Source: Rhizodiscina lignyota (lineage: Eukaryota). From it: a stretch of DNA of 64,000 nucleotides. Under the pieces are notes generated by a model that saw only the letters and a program-made list of their open reading frames with translations, ran no database searches and had not been told where the DNA came from. This document shows, piece by piece, positions 1 through 15,174 of the stretch. The first letter of the stretch is position 1, and each line of letters opens with the position of its first letter. The stretch spans positions 124,001 through 188,000 of the forward strand of contig ML978135.1 in the NCBI GenBank assembly GCA_010015805.1, in the 5' to 3' direction. The position numbers and the translations under genes are program-made.

Positions 1-128
1 ACGAGTTCATTGTTTCTTGGAGCCAATATATGTGGAGTTTTCACATAGCAAGTGCGAATCGTGGGAAACGAACAGAAAGCTCCTTCACAGCTCGAACTCG
101 GGCAACGCACTTTCCTGAATTTGCTACT

Positions 129-1804
<1,676 letters not shown>

Positions 1805-2713
1805 ATTGAGAGCTGATTGGAGACCGAGAGACAATTTCCACTTACCTGAAAGGAATTGGACCTGGTTTGCTTTATGTAGGAACTGCCGTTCCCTCGGTAT
1901 TAGAGGGTCCGGGCTACTTTTTTTGTGCCTTGATGGTATTATGCTAAAAGCATTTGAGGAGTCATGTCGTAAGGTCCTATTCAGAATCAGGAAGCCAAGC
2001 GCTGAGCTACAGTGTGGAGTGTTCGAAGGAAGGATAGATGCGGGGATGGAATGAAAATGGGGCAGAGTCCCGTTTACCGAGTCGCGGGGTGGCGGTGCGT
2101 GTGGCTTATCATATCTCCTCGCTCAGAAATTGACATTCGCCCCAAGGGGCTTCGTATGTAACACCTAGAACACAGATAAGGATTGCTGGTAAGAAGAGAT
2201 TTTCGTATCTGAAATCCCACGATAATCTAGAGATTCAAGTTATGGTCATCGGATCCCTCAAGACATGAAACATAAATCGATTTCCATTATCGCAGGAAGA
2301 ATCATAATGACAAACCTGGGTGTGTTGTGGAATTTCTCATCATATTATTGATGGGCTGTGGTGGAGTATTTGTTGTTGGAAGTAAATTGTGGGTGGCTGG
2401 GGAGGGGCGGGAATTTACCTTCTTTTCTTCCATGCATACGGGACTCTCCATATGGTAAATGTCCCAAGTTGGCACGAGTATTGTAGTTTTAAATACCTCC
2501 GCGACAGAATATACATACTTCAGGTGGTAAACGCGTATGCAGCTGGCCTGTACAGATCTTCCCCAGGCTCGGCTTCAGGCACGCCGTGCTTACAGCACCC
2601 GATCTTACACGATAACCAGGACCAGAAATTTAAACCAGTTAACAGAGACAGTCCTCTTTTCCAGGCTCAGGCCAATTTTTGAAATTCTTCTCTTTTTGTG
2701 AAACCACTCAGCT

Positions 2714-3851
2714 ATGTCTCAACTTGTTCGTCTCGCTTGTGTGCAAGCGGAGCCAGAATGGCTCGATCTTCAAGCGGGTGTCGATAAAGCCATTCGCCTT
2801 ATCAAAGAAGCAGGTGAGAAGAAAGTCAACATCTTGGGCTTTCCAGAGGTGTTTATACCAGGCTATCCAATGTAAGAGACCTACGACTTCTCAAGAATCC
2901 CAATTTTGAAATTCTTTTGATTACTATTAGAGCCGGTACGAACTCGTCCTGCGAGCTTGAGCTAAAATAATATTGCAGATCAATATGGACAGAGAGCGTA
3001 ATATCCAACTCCAAGATTCTTTTGAAATATCGCCAGAACTCCTTGTCCCGAGACTCGCCTGAAATGAGAAAAATTCTCGACGCAGTGAAAGAGGCCGGAA
3101 TCTACGTAGTCCTCGGCTATTCCGAGCGAGTGAACAATTCGTTCTACATTGCCCAGTCTTTCATCTCTCCAGCCGGCACTATCATCAACCACAGGCGCAA
3201 GATCAAGCCGACTGGCGTAGAGCGGAACGTCTGGGGCGACGCGGGCCCAGAGGGTCTGAACACCACCGTAGAGACGGAATTCGGGAGGCTTGGGGCACTA
3301 TGCTGCGCTGAGCATGTGATGCCGTTGCTGAGGATGCATGAATACACGCAAGGCGCTCAGATGCATATCGCGAGCTGGCCGATGACGTGGGAAGCGCACC
3401 GCTTGGGAACGTATAAGGCCCCGGGACACGAGGACTACAACGGGGACCTGCATGCTAGCCGATTTATGTCGAGGGAAGGTAACCTGTTTGTTGCCGTAGC
3501 GACGCAGGTTCTGACACCCAAAAATTACGAAAGAGTTGGTCTGAATGAAGGTGTTGACGTTGCAAAGAAGGCTGTGGTGAGTTATCTTTGCGTCCATGTA
3601 AATACTATGCTAACTTTAGTATTTCCGAGGGTTGCGGAGGGCATTCGATGATTTACGATCCGCACGGAAAACCGCTTGTTCATGCAATCCCGGAAGATGA
3701 AGAAGGGATTTTATATGCGGACATTAACTTAGACGAGGCACTTGGCAGGGCCATGCTCATTGATATCGTTGGCCACAGTTCCCGTCCAGATCTCCTGAGT
3801 CTCAACGTCAACACACCACCGCCTTTAACAAGTCTCAGTAATCCGCAGTGA
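2714..3851 (+). CDS. Nitrilase / arylacetonitrilase-like (3 exons; introns 2872-2978 and 3577-3629)
   Basis: [14 protein letters not shown] start; catalytic triad motifs [10 protein letters not shown] (Glu), RRKIKPT (Lys) and LCCAEH (Cys); C-terminal [11 protein letters not shown]. Confidence 0.92.
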
Positions 3852-3866
3852 GAGCATACCAGGCGA

Positions 3867-4655
3867 TCATGCAGAGATGAAGAAAGCAGCAATCATGATG
3901 ACTGAGATGAGCATGCCAGAGATAGCATCACGGTGTGTCGAAGCCGCCGAAGAAGGAGCTGCAACTGGGGAAAGGAGTGGAGCTGGAGCGGTGTGGATGT
4001 TTGCTGTGATTTTCGGTACTTCGCCCGCAAGACTATCGGCGATGGCCGTGCTAGTGACTTGGGCGCTCTCCTGGATGACGTCCAATCGCTTAAAGTCGAG
4101 CGTAGCAGTGGAGGTTGTCGGAAGGATTTTCGTAGAAGTTGTGGAGACCGTCGTATGGGTCGGCTGTGGGGACGTCGTTTGGGACGTGCTTTCTTCGCAG
4201 TCTTCGTCACCATCACCGGTGCTTTGCGTGTCCTCAACTGGAACCGGCGGGGCGGAAGCTAAAGGAGCAACTGGGACGGAGGAAGACTTTGGCACTTCAT
4301 AGAATGCCAGTGCAGACGATGGCACCAATGGAGCAGATGCCGACGACGATGACGACAGTGGTGGTACAGGGATAGATACATGGGCTGACGCTGACACAAC
4401 AGCAGAACTTCCTGAATTGGATTCATTGCCTGACTCAGATCTAAACACACAGTTAGCCACAATGTCTTTCTCATTCGTACTCATTAGGCAGGAGTTGCGG
4501 GGAGAAATGAAGAGAGGTCAAGCTCACGGGACGTCACGCCTGTTAATGGAGTTCGTGATTGCGAGATCAACGTCCATTTCAAAGCCTGAAGCAACGGCTG
4601 CACCAAAGGCGGTGCTGGCGAGGGAAACAGCACTAACGAATGTTGCGAAGAGCAT
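3867..4655 (-). CDS. Ser/Thr/Pro-rich putative GPI-anchored cell-wall protein (intron 4441-4527)
   Basis: Signal peptide MLFATFVSAVSLASTAFG; S/T/P-rich body; small-residue omega region followed by hydrophobic tail GMLISVIMIAAFFISA; GTGAGC...CTAAC...TAG intron keeps the frame. Confidence 0.8.
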
Positions 4656-5182
4656 CTTTGTGGCGATGGTGACCTTGACTGAACTAACGAGAGATGCAGG
4701 AGGAAGCGCGGCGTTGGAGGAGTGTGTTACATACATACCAGCGAATCGCAGGACAAAGTCTGGCTCAAGACGCCTGATATCGTGGCGTTCTCCGGCCAAG
4801 TTTGGATAACTTGAACAAGCGGCATGCTCACTTACACGTGGGGAGGGGCTGTGGAGATTGAAAGGGTCCAAGGACAAAGAGACAGGAATTAACCACGTGC
4901 TTTCCTGTGCCTCTCCTTTTGCTGTTGAAAGGCGGTATCCAATATGGCGGCCCGATCTCTTTGTCCTGTCGTTCCCTTCCCGTGAGACGTTAAACAGGCG
5001 TGCACAAAACAGAAAACAAGAAGCCGAAGAGAAATGAAAATGATGTGATTGAGAAAATCATAGTATTGTTTTAGCTTGTTGCACCAGTGATCTGAAGGGC
5101 AAACCCTACACGCCGTAATTGCCAAGGCAACCAGCAAAGAACCCACTCTAGCAACTTCTATTTGTCTAAGAGAACAAGGAAA

Positions 5183-6241
5183 TTATGCTGAGACGTTTGC
5201 TGGCTTACCATTGGCAATTACGACATCCTTTTCCTCCTCTTTCTTCGCGCTCTTGACTCGGTGTGCGGTCATATCTCTGGCTCTCTCAAGATCGCATTGC
5301 AGCGACATGAGCTGAAGAACCTCGGCGGCACAGATGATGAAGTCGAGCTTCTCCTGCATCATGGAGAAAACCTCGTCCGGTCCCAGAGCCATACCGCCCC
5401 TGGGCTTGTTGTGCTTCGCTGTGATTTCGAAGTATTTCCCGAGCGTCTCATGCCACTCAGGCTCGTTGCCTCCGATGCCGCCATTTGCAGGGAATCCCAT
5501 GCTGACGCGGAGGTCGAGAGTGCCAATCCAGACAGCATCAATCTCGGGGCATTGCGTGAGGATGTCGTCAAGGTTGTCGATCCCTTCCCTCGACTCGATT
5601 TGAATCATAATTGCAGCTTGGTCGTTGACGGCTTGCCAGACATCGCCATGAACATCAGGAGCGTAGCGGCCATCGGTGAGGTTTGGAATGAGACGGAACG
5701 GAGGGACGGAGCGGCCACCGTTATGTTTCCTGCCGAACTTTGCAGCGTGGATGATGTGCTTGGCCTGCTCAACAGTATCGACTTGTGGAACCACGATGCT
5801 GGCACCTGCATCCAGGGCGTATCCAATGCTACAAAATGCTTAGTCAGTGACTCGCAGATGTCGTACTCCCGATGGGACTCACGCCGCATGATCATGACCA
5901 GGAACACGAACGAAAGGAATTGTCCTTCCCTCGCTCATGAACTGTACTTCATGAACCATCGTTGTCATCGTCTCAACGTTGCAGGAGCTGTGCTCCCAAT
6001 CAATCCAGCAGACGTCAAAGCCCATTGGTGCAATGAAGCGTGCGGTAGTAATGTTGCTAAGGCCGAGATACAGACCGCATAGTGGTGGGATTTTGCCTTC
6101 ATGCGCATCTCTCAAGGCCTGGCGGGCTTTCGAGGGCTGGAAAAGCGACGGGGAACGGTATGCTTGCATACTCTTCTCAGGGAGCTTCGGTTGGTAGCCG
6201 AAGATGTCTAAGGCCTTTGCTGCAAGAGAGTGTTGAGCCAT
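5183..6241 (-). CDS. HpcH/HpaI class II aldolase family protein (intron 5829-5882)
   Basis: Motifs WIDWEH, VRVP, ALDAGA..VPQV, IMIQIES and WIGTLDLRVSMG. Confidence 0.9.
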
Positions 6242-9200
6242 TATGAATTCGTTTGTATGCTGAGTCTCCTGGAAAGTTTAGGGGAAGAGAAGGATTGTGG
6301 AGAGGAGAGTTCAAGGCGAATTAGAGGAATACTCGAAGGGCCCCCTTCCTTTTTCAATGCCGCTGGGACTTGAACAGAGCGGCAGTAGTGACATGCAGTG
6401 GCAAGTACACTTAAAAGATGCAGTGCGACGGTGCGCATTGCTTTAGCCAGTTACGTGAGATCAAGTTTAGCACATGAAATTACCTCTTTCGTGACATTTT
6501 GCGGAACGAAGCCTGTCATGGAGCGAGCTTCAACTCGCCTCCAAGCTTTCTCCCTGGCAGGATATGAAGCATTGGCGAAAGCTCCCGTATAAGCATGGGG
6601 TTGAATTAGGCCGGGGCCTCAACGACATGATGGCCACCTGTTAGCTTACACCCTCAGCTCTGGCGTTTTCCAAAACGAGGCTGCGTTTTTGCGTAATGCT
6701 TTGTGGTTGTCTGTCGGGAAAAAGTTGATAAGCTCACCGTGCTGACTGGGCGCCCTGATGCTCGCGTAGGTACTCCGTACGTTCACAATTCCTCTTGTAA
6801 CTCAACGGAGTCAACGCACAGCCGCAACTACTTGTAGATTTGTGGATCACCGCCCTAGATTGGATATTCCAATCACTCGAAGTACCGAATCAACATATGG
6901 GACAGCAGCTGACGTCGTGTAGTTCCAGGCGGCCATAACCTTAAATTAAGTTCTTACGAGTCTGCGAGCTTGGAATCTCCGGTGGAGACTCTCCGCTTAA
7001 ATCCGCAAGGGCTGTATGTGCCAGAAATGGGAAAGGCGGCTGTGTAGTCTGTGGAGCCAGCGCGGGATTGGAGCGGGAACGGGTGAATCCCTGGCACTAT
7101 ATTTCTTTCGCGTTCTCCGTAATGATCGTTGCGTTTTCCGGAAACTATCATAATGGGTAGTAAGTACCCTTCATGATTAATATTGCGAGGAGACCTTGCG
7201 AGATATCTTCAGACGGAAATCGAAAATTTTGTCTCACCTAATAAAGGCCTCAAACTCGACCTTTCCGGGCCCTTGGCCGTTATGGTATCAGCGACTTATT
7301 AGCAGTTGCCGGTATGTCTGCAATGGAAATGTATGGGCTTTTGATCGGACGGTTCCATACGTTCCCACGGTTTCGCAAAGTGTGTCTGCAGGGTCTTCGC
7401 ATCTTTCCTTTTCCGGTGAGGGGTCCCGACGCCACAAGAGGCTCAAGCCTGAGATCCACTCGTAAAAGGGTCCCACGTACCTGTCCTGTGCCCTATAACG
7501 GTGGCACCCGTGTTCAGGTTCTGGGTTGGAGAGCGGGTAACGCTTTCGCATGAACCAGTCTGGAGACTTTAAGCGCGAACCCTGGACGACACATTACCAT
7601 TCCAGCCTCATCCCTCGTATCGTCTTGTCAGCACCTGGAACCGCCCACTCCACCGTCTTCTATCAACAGGCAGATCATACATACCTCTTCAAATCCTCAA
7701 TAATGCATTACTCAATGGTGTCAGCAGCACTTGCGGTCTCACGGCTCGAACCCAAGGGACCCAGGCTTTCCACATCTCCGACCGGAGACCGAGTGAGGAT
7801 AAGTGCTGGATGATGTGAACGTGGCAGGGCGTGGAGTATTCGACATCACGGATGCGTATCATGCTAATCTCCAAAATCGTATGCAAGAAATTGTTGCTCA
7901 AACCGCATAGAGTCAGAATCCAAACTTACTTCACCACAGTTTCGTATAGACCAGTGTTTTGTGCGGCTATCTCGCAGCTCAGGAATCAATTAGCGTAGCT
8001 GCTACCTTACGTATATTATCCAAAGGAAGGACATTGCGACCACATCCACAGCGGACCAACTCCGCAATTTGTCATAGATAGACTGGCTACTTCGCAAGTA
8101 TTTCCATGATTACTATTGAAAAAGGCGGTTGAGGTCCTGATAGTGACATACCGATTCGGCCTCAGCATGCGTATCACTTCGTCAATGTTCTCGCTTGGAC
8201 TTCGCGCGATGGTGATACTGGACTGGATGGATCTTGCGATCCTCTAATGATAATTCCAGCATTGCCCACTTCCTCTATTGATTACTCCGAGTCCTTGCAC
8301 GCAGCTCCATCCACCGTCAACAAAAACAGGTCTACTGTACATAATCGCTCCGAAGGTTACGAAATGTGGCTGCTTATCGTTGGGAATCCGCCTGCCTACA
8401 CAAGCGTCATTCCATTTTGCCATTCACTCGTCAGGGGATTGGAATACCACACCGCGTATGTTAATTCGGCAATTCCCAAAAACGAAAGGGATAATGCATT
8501 TACTGGACGAGCTGTAGTCGGCCGAAACCATCTGGCCCAGCCCTTCGTACTTCTTGCCAAATCATGATGCTGACGTGATCTCTGACGAGCGTTGTTACGG
8601 ATTCCATATCTGTGGCGTCCAGTTGACCTTCTTTTTAACAGAAATATCTCTCCATTCTTTGATCAGTCATCGGAGCGTTCAATCTTATATCGACTGACCG
8701 CTATTACTGTTTTATTTAGCTTTGATTCACATTACTACATAGCGTAGACGGATGGGCAGAAACGCACTACATACTCTATCTGTCGAGCTTTATGTATCAC
8801 CAGCACTCTCAAGAATGCTTTAGTGGGCGCTGTTCGTTTGTAGAGAAGAACATGTCGTTGCAAATGTATATTTACAAGTGATGAAATTCACAAGGCTCTA
8901 CGATATTCCGCACGGACGGCGATAACTGAAACCTCCCCAATCCCAAAGTCTAAAGAACATAGATTCCATCATTAGATGGAATCGCGATCTGAATAGTGCC
9001 ATAATTTTCATGGAGATCATCACAGATCCAAGCAACCGGCTTGCATATGCAGGTATCCGCGTTCCGTCAACGGGAAGATGCATGTCGAAAGTATAATTCA
9101 TACCTGATCCTTGGTGCATTTTGAGCCTCAAATCGCAATATGGTCACTCAGTCCGCAAGGAGAATATCATCGCAGCTTTTGGGCAGAATTCTGGGGTAGT

Positions 9201-9773
9201 TCCGGGGGTGGCGTTTTTAGAAGCGGTCCGTTCGTGACTACCGTGTCTCAACACTCTGGATCTCGAGTCCATAGACCGTATTTCAAGATTTCAGCACTTG
9301 TCTAAAGTATTGCAATATCTTTCGCCGACGTCAAGACTATCCACAAACGTAGATGGAGCCTATAACAGACCACCGGCGTCCAGCTTCCTCTTTGGAATGT
9401 GGACACTAGGCTGGTTAAATCAACTCCCCGCGAATCGACCCCAGACACGGCGACGCGCTTCCCCTCCGCCAATAGCCGCCTCGGTACTCAGGCAGTCCCT
9501 TAGAATGGCGGAAACAATGGCCCGACGAGCGAGGCAGATGACCCTTTGCGGCTCTCAGGAACATGCAAGCTGATGAGAGACAACACCTAACGCTCGTTCG
9601 ACTGCTTCGCGGCGATTGAGACAGCCGCAGCCCTATCTTGCACAGCTGTACGCCAGATCGACTTATCACACCGCTCCCATCGTGCTCGACGGTCGTCTGG
9701 GACCAATAGCGCTCTGTTCCGATACTGCGGGGGATTACGGGGGCCCTGCGGGTTCCGGACGCACCCACCCTCG

Positions 9774-12700
9774 ATGGCTTCCGTTCACCTCAGGAGGAGA
9801 GCCGGGCTTGCAGGTGCAGCGCTGAACTGCACGTTTTTGTCAAGTTCCTGGCCGAAGAGCATCTGGACTGTGCAAGGCGTGAGGATCTCCAAGTACTTCA
9901 CCTGTACCACGGTTGCGAGGCGCAAGGATCTTCAGAGTCTCGAGCCGCGAGGATTCACATCTCGCTTCTCGACGCAGAGCTGGCTTCTCGCGCCCCAGAA
10001 AATCAGCAATGAGCCCTACGGAAAGCTGACCGTTGGTGTGCCGAGAGAAATCTACCCCAATGAGAAGAGAGTGGCGCTCACGCCTCAAAATGTCAAAATT
10101 CTGAAACAGAAGGGCTTCTCCAAAGTCATCGTAGAAAGCAATGGAGGTTTGGCAGCCAAATTCACAGACGATGCGTACATGCAATCCGGGGCCACTCTGG
10201 TTGATAGACAAGCGGTCTGGGCGGACTCTGATATCATTCTGAAGGTCCGACCACCCATCCTGAGCGACACGCAGAATGAGGTCCTGCAACTCAAAGAAGG
10301 AGGAGTGCTGGTTTCCTTCCTTTATCCGGCGCAGAACCAAGAACTTGTCAAAGCAATTGCTGATCGCCATGTCACCTCCTTTGCGATGGACAAGATCCCA
10401 CGAATCTCGAGAGCCCAAGTCTTCGATGCTCTTAGCTCAATGGCAAACATTGCCGGGTACAAGGCTGTCTTGGAAGCTTCCAACCACTTTGGTCGATTTC
10501 TAACAGGACAGACTACCGCTGCAGGCAAGATTCCACCAGCGAAGGTGCTGGTTATTGGAGCTGGTGTTGCAGGGCTCAGTGCAATAGCAACTGCCAGACG
10601 TCTTGGTGCGATCACGCGAGGCTTCGATACTCGATCTGCAGCACGTGAGCAAGTGCAGTCACTTGGTGCGGAGTTTCTTGAGGTAAACATCCATGAAGAA
10701 GGAGGAGATTCAGGAGGATACAGTAAAGAGATGTCGAAGGAGTTCATTGAAGCGGAGATGAAGCTATTCATGGAACAGTGTAGGGATGTCGATATTGTCG
10801 TCACTACCGCAATGATCCCAGGGAAACGAGCGCCAACGCTCATCACAAGGGCGATGGTCAGCGCCATGAAGCCGGGCTCAGTTATAGTCGATCTCGCTGC
10901 AGAATCGGGCGGTAATTGTGAAATGACGCTTCCAGGTGAGGCTATCAGTCACAATGAAGTCACGGTGATTGGATACACCGACATGCCTTCGAGACTACCA
11001 ACGCAAGCATCGACACTTTATTCTAACAACATCACTAAATTCCTGCTCTCGATCCAAACCGGGGATAAGGAATTTGGCGTCAATCTGGACGATGTTGTGA
11101 TCCGTGGTTCCATCGTCACAAACCAAGGGGAGATTATGCCTCCAGCACCTCCACCAGCTCCGGCAGCGACACCGTCCGCTCCTAAACCTGCAAAGCTTGA
11201 AGAGAAGAAAGTTGAAATCACGCCATGGCAAAAGACAGTCCGCGATGTCACCACCGTTGGAGCTGGCATGGGTGGAATACTCGCACTCGGAAAGTTCACG
11301 GGCCCATTGTTCATGAGCAATATCTTCACAACCGGTCTTGCTGGACTCATTGGCTATCGTGTTGTCTGGGGGGTCTCTCCAGCGCTACACTCCCCTCTTA
11401 TGAGTGTCACGAACGCCATATCGGGTATGGTAGGCATCGGTGGTTTCTTTATCATGGGCGGAGGTCTGCTCCCGCATACGATTCCTCAGGCTCTCGGCGC
11501 CATATCCGTCCTTCTCGCGTTTATCAACGTGTCCGGCGGTTTCGTGATTACGAAGCGTATGCTCGACATGTTTAGACGTCCAACAGACCCTCCCGAGTAT
11601 CCTTGGCTATACGCGGTCCCTGGAGCTCTTTTTGGAGCTGGCTTTATTGCGGCAACAAGCACTGGCATGGGTGGCTTAGTGCAAGCCGGATATCTTGTTA
11701 GCAGTGTACTTTGCATCTCATCAATCTCTGGACTCGCAGCTCAATCCACTGCTAGGCAAGGCAATCTCCTCGGCATATTGGGTGTCGGATCTGGTATTCT
11801 GGCATCTCTTGCGGCTGCTGGCTTCTCTCCAGAAGTGCTTGCACAATTTGGTGGACTGGCTGCTATTGGTGGTCTTGTCGGAGCGATAATCGGTCGACGA
11901 ATTTCACCAACGGAACTCCCGCAGACAGTAGCTGCATTGCACTCAGTCGTTGGTCTTGCCGCAGTGCTGACGTCCATTGGAAGCGTTATGGCTCACATTT
12001 CAGACATCTCGACCTTACACATGGTCACCGGTTATCTTGGTGTTCTCATTGGTGGTGTGACTTTCACTGGCTCTGTCGTGGCGTTCTTGAAGCTGGGAGG
12101 AAGGATGAAGTCACGTCCGATTGTTCTCCCCGGGCGCCATCTCGTCAACTCCAGTCTTCTCGCCGCGAATGTAGGTACCATGGGCGCCTTTCTCGCAATG
12201 GCACCAGGGAACCCCGCTATTGCTGCTACCGCATTGACTGCGAGCACTGTGCTGAGCTTCCTAAAAGGATATACCACAACTGCCGCAATTGGAGGTGCTG
12301 ATATGCCTGTCGTCATCACCGTCCTGAATGCCTATTCTGGATTCGCTCTTCTCGCTGAAGGGCTGATGCTGGATAATCCACTTCTCACAACTGTCGGTTC
12401 GCTCATCGGCGTTAGCGGTTCCATTCTTTCTTACATTATGTGTGTTGCAATGAACAGGTCTCTTACGAACGTACTCTTCGGTGGCATCGCCGCACCTGCC
12501 CAGGGTACCGGTAAAGCTATCGAGGGACAAATTACTCAGACTTCTGTTGAAGAGACGGTCGACACGCTCGCCAACGCTGAGAGTGTCATCATAGTGGTTG
12601 GGTATGGCATGGCTGTGGCGAAAGCACAATATGCAATCAGCGAGATCACGCAGATGCTCCGCAGCAAAGGTATCAACGTTCGCTTTGCCATCCATCCGGT

Positions 12701-13177
12701 TGCGGGTAGGATGCCGGGCCAGTGCAATGTCCTGCTGGCCGAGGCGAGCGTGCCGTACGACATCGTGCTTGAGATGGACGAGATCAATGACGATTTCCCG
12801 GATACGGATGTCACACTTGTGATTGGTGCAAACGACACAGTTAACCCCATTGCTCTGGAACCGGATAGTCCGATTGCGGGAATGCCTGTGCTGCATGCGT
12901 GGAAGAGTAAGCAGGTCATCGTGATGAAGAGAGGAATGTCGAGCGGTTACGGTAAGTGGTCCTTGAGAGATGTCAACCGCGCATGCTAATGTAGTTTATA
13001 GCTGATGTGCCAAACCCAATGTTTTACATGCCTGGAACGAAGATGCTTTTCGGCGACGCAAAGACAACTTGTGATTGTAAGTATTCGCCGTGCCGCCCTT
13101 CTAATCTGGCTAACTTGGTTATCACAGCGATCAAGCGTGCATTCGACGAGAAACAGAAGGCTGCAATGTTCGTATAA
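9774..13177 (+). CDS. NNT: Mitochondrial proton-translocating NAD(P)+ transhydrogenase, single chain dI-dII-dIII (introns 12952-13001 and 13077-13127)
   Basis: Arg/Ser-rich presequence; [65 protein letters not shown]; the spliced end reads [11 protein letters not shown]...LFGDAK. Confidence 0.97.
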
Positions 13178-13703
13178 TGAAGGAAGCACTTCTCGGTCAT
13201 AGCTTTGGCAATAATAGTGCTCCGATGCAGCACCATCTTCATGGCCAAGGGTCCATTGTATATTCATCATTCTGCGAATGCAATTGCTCATGCACTAGAT
13301 CTAGATTGCATGCCGTCCAGAAACAGGAAGCTCGTCCTACTCTATTCGACACTACCTGCTTAATAATGGTGTAATCGTCATTTGATACGTATATACGGAG
13401 TACATAGGAACTATTCGACCGGCCTGCCTAGAATAAACTTTTGGGTGGCGCAAGATGGCGTCCGGAGTCCGTAAGAGTGGCGTGAACTGGACCGTGCAGA
13501 CGCGCCAAAGAGATTAGAGACGCGTCTACGCGTGTCGATGTCCCGATCTTCAACCCCAACCATAAACCCTTCACCAACAATTGGATTGTTCATATAGAGT
13601 TTAGTCTCTCATTCTCTATTTTCTTTCATTCTGTTACCCTCACTTGTCACAAGAATCTCTAATACCTCACTTCTAAAACCGGCGGCACGACACCAACAGC
13701 AGC

Positions 13704-14641
13704 ATGAGTGCTTCCATCGATCCGCGCATGCTCGAGCGAGCTGAATTCTTGTAAGTGTTTGAATCAAAAGAGATCGGTAGAGTGCTGAGTAGACAAGGTG
13801 TACCTCAGGATCTACCATGGTTTATCTCGAAATCCACAGCCGAAACTCGGGTGGTCCTCAAGCCTCCCCAAGCCCTACAATAAAAGCCGAAGTTCCTTCG
13901 CCCACGCCGCCTTCACCCCCATCGGAGGACAAGACTGATGACGAAGTCGAAATATTCACCTTGGGAGTTCACCCTGCCTTGTTATCCCATTATTCCGGCT
14001 GGTTCCGCAAGATGCTCGTGAAACGTCCTCCTAGGAGCCCTGACAATCTGGAAGTCACCTCTTATTCCTTTCGTGTATGGCAGATACTCGTGAATTGGCT
14101 TTACACTGGTGCTTTTATGCACCCTGAGGTTAACAAGACCAGCTCCAGTTGCAAGAGTGGTTCCTTTTGCAATATTTCATACGTAGATCTACTAGACCTC
14201 TACGTCGTTGCTCGGGATTACGATATGCCCATTCTGCTTAATGAGGCTTCCCTTCGGTTCCAATTGAGGGAGGAAAAGATTGAGAAGAAATACGGGCTTG
14301 GGTTCATAGAGTACGCGTTCCAAGAGCTGGGAGAGGATGATCCAATGGTTCGCCACATCACGCTCTCAAGCGCACTTCGTTTAGGGTCGGCATATTCGAA
14401 GCTCCATGACTCGACATTGCCACGAAAATTTCTCACAGATATATTGGAGATCCAGAATCAGGGTACTTTAGGCGAAAAGCGCAGAGAAGCATACAGGTTC
14501 TGCGACTTTCACTCACATACCTCCGATGCTGAACGAGATGACTGTAAACAACTTCAGCTCCGATGGTGCAAAGAGTTCGGCCTGCCGAGCATTGGCCGAA
14601 ACTCCTACACTTCGAAGCGCAAGTATGATGCAGCACGTTAA
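13704..14641 (+). CDS. BTB/POZ domain protein (intron 13751-13797)
   Basis: VHPALLSHYSGWF...ILVNWLYTG...LYVVARDYDMP pattern and the fungal BTB C-terminal motif CDFHSH; an upstream exon joins in frame. Confidence 0.8.
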
Positions 14642-15174
14642 TTCCACTGCTGATTTCCACATATGTACTGTCAAGTTTTCATTCTAAATTTGAGGGAAGA
14701 CAGCGAAAAGGTGACAGAAGCACGGCAATACGGGTTTGTGCAAGCTGTCACGAGCAAGGTTCCCACTGCTTTCAAGAGTATCGCATAGCAGGTCACCAGG
14801 CAGATCAGCTCTACGCTACATCGGGGTATCGTGAGCATGCGGTAGTCAGGCGGGGACTTTAGCTCTGCGACTCACAGCGCCAGCGGCGTAGAGTTATTAT
14901 TTCTGGGCGCATGGAGTGGCAAATTTCCGACCTGGCCGGCCCGATCCTCTTGATTTAAACGACGTATATCACAATTTTAGTCTATAATTCTATATCTCCC
15001 ATCAAACCCGGCATTACGTATGACGCATCAGATTTTCTGCATTGTTAAATTTACCTGCTGACACATACCCCAATACTCTCCATTTGTCGAGCAGCAGCTC
15101 ATTCGCACTATACAATGACAGCATCCGTGAGATGATATCCGAACATCCCTCTTTGATTTCTGTCTTAGCCAAAT

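Noticed and set aside
2931..2935. 5-nt micro-exon or stwintron in nitrilase intron 1
   Set aside because: Inclusion shifts the frame; a single 107-nt intron gives the expected GYPxSIW.
7415..7490. TPP riboswitch (GGGG...CTGAGA)
   Set aside because: The P4/P5 half (UGAUC...UAAU) is missing and there is no thiamine gene nearby.
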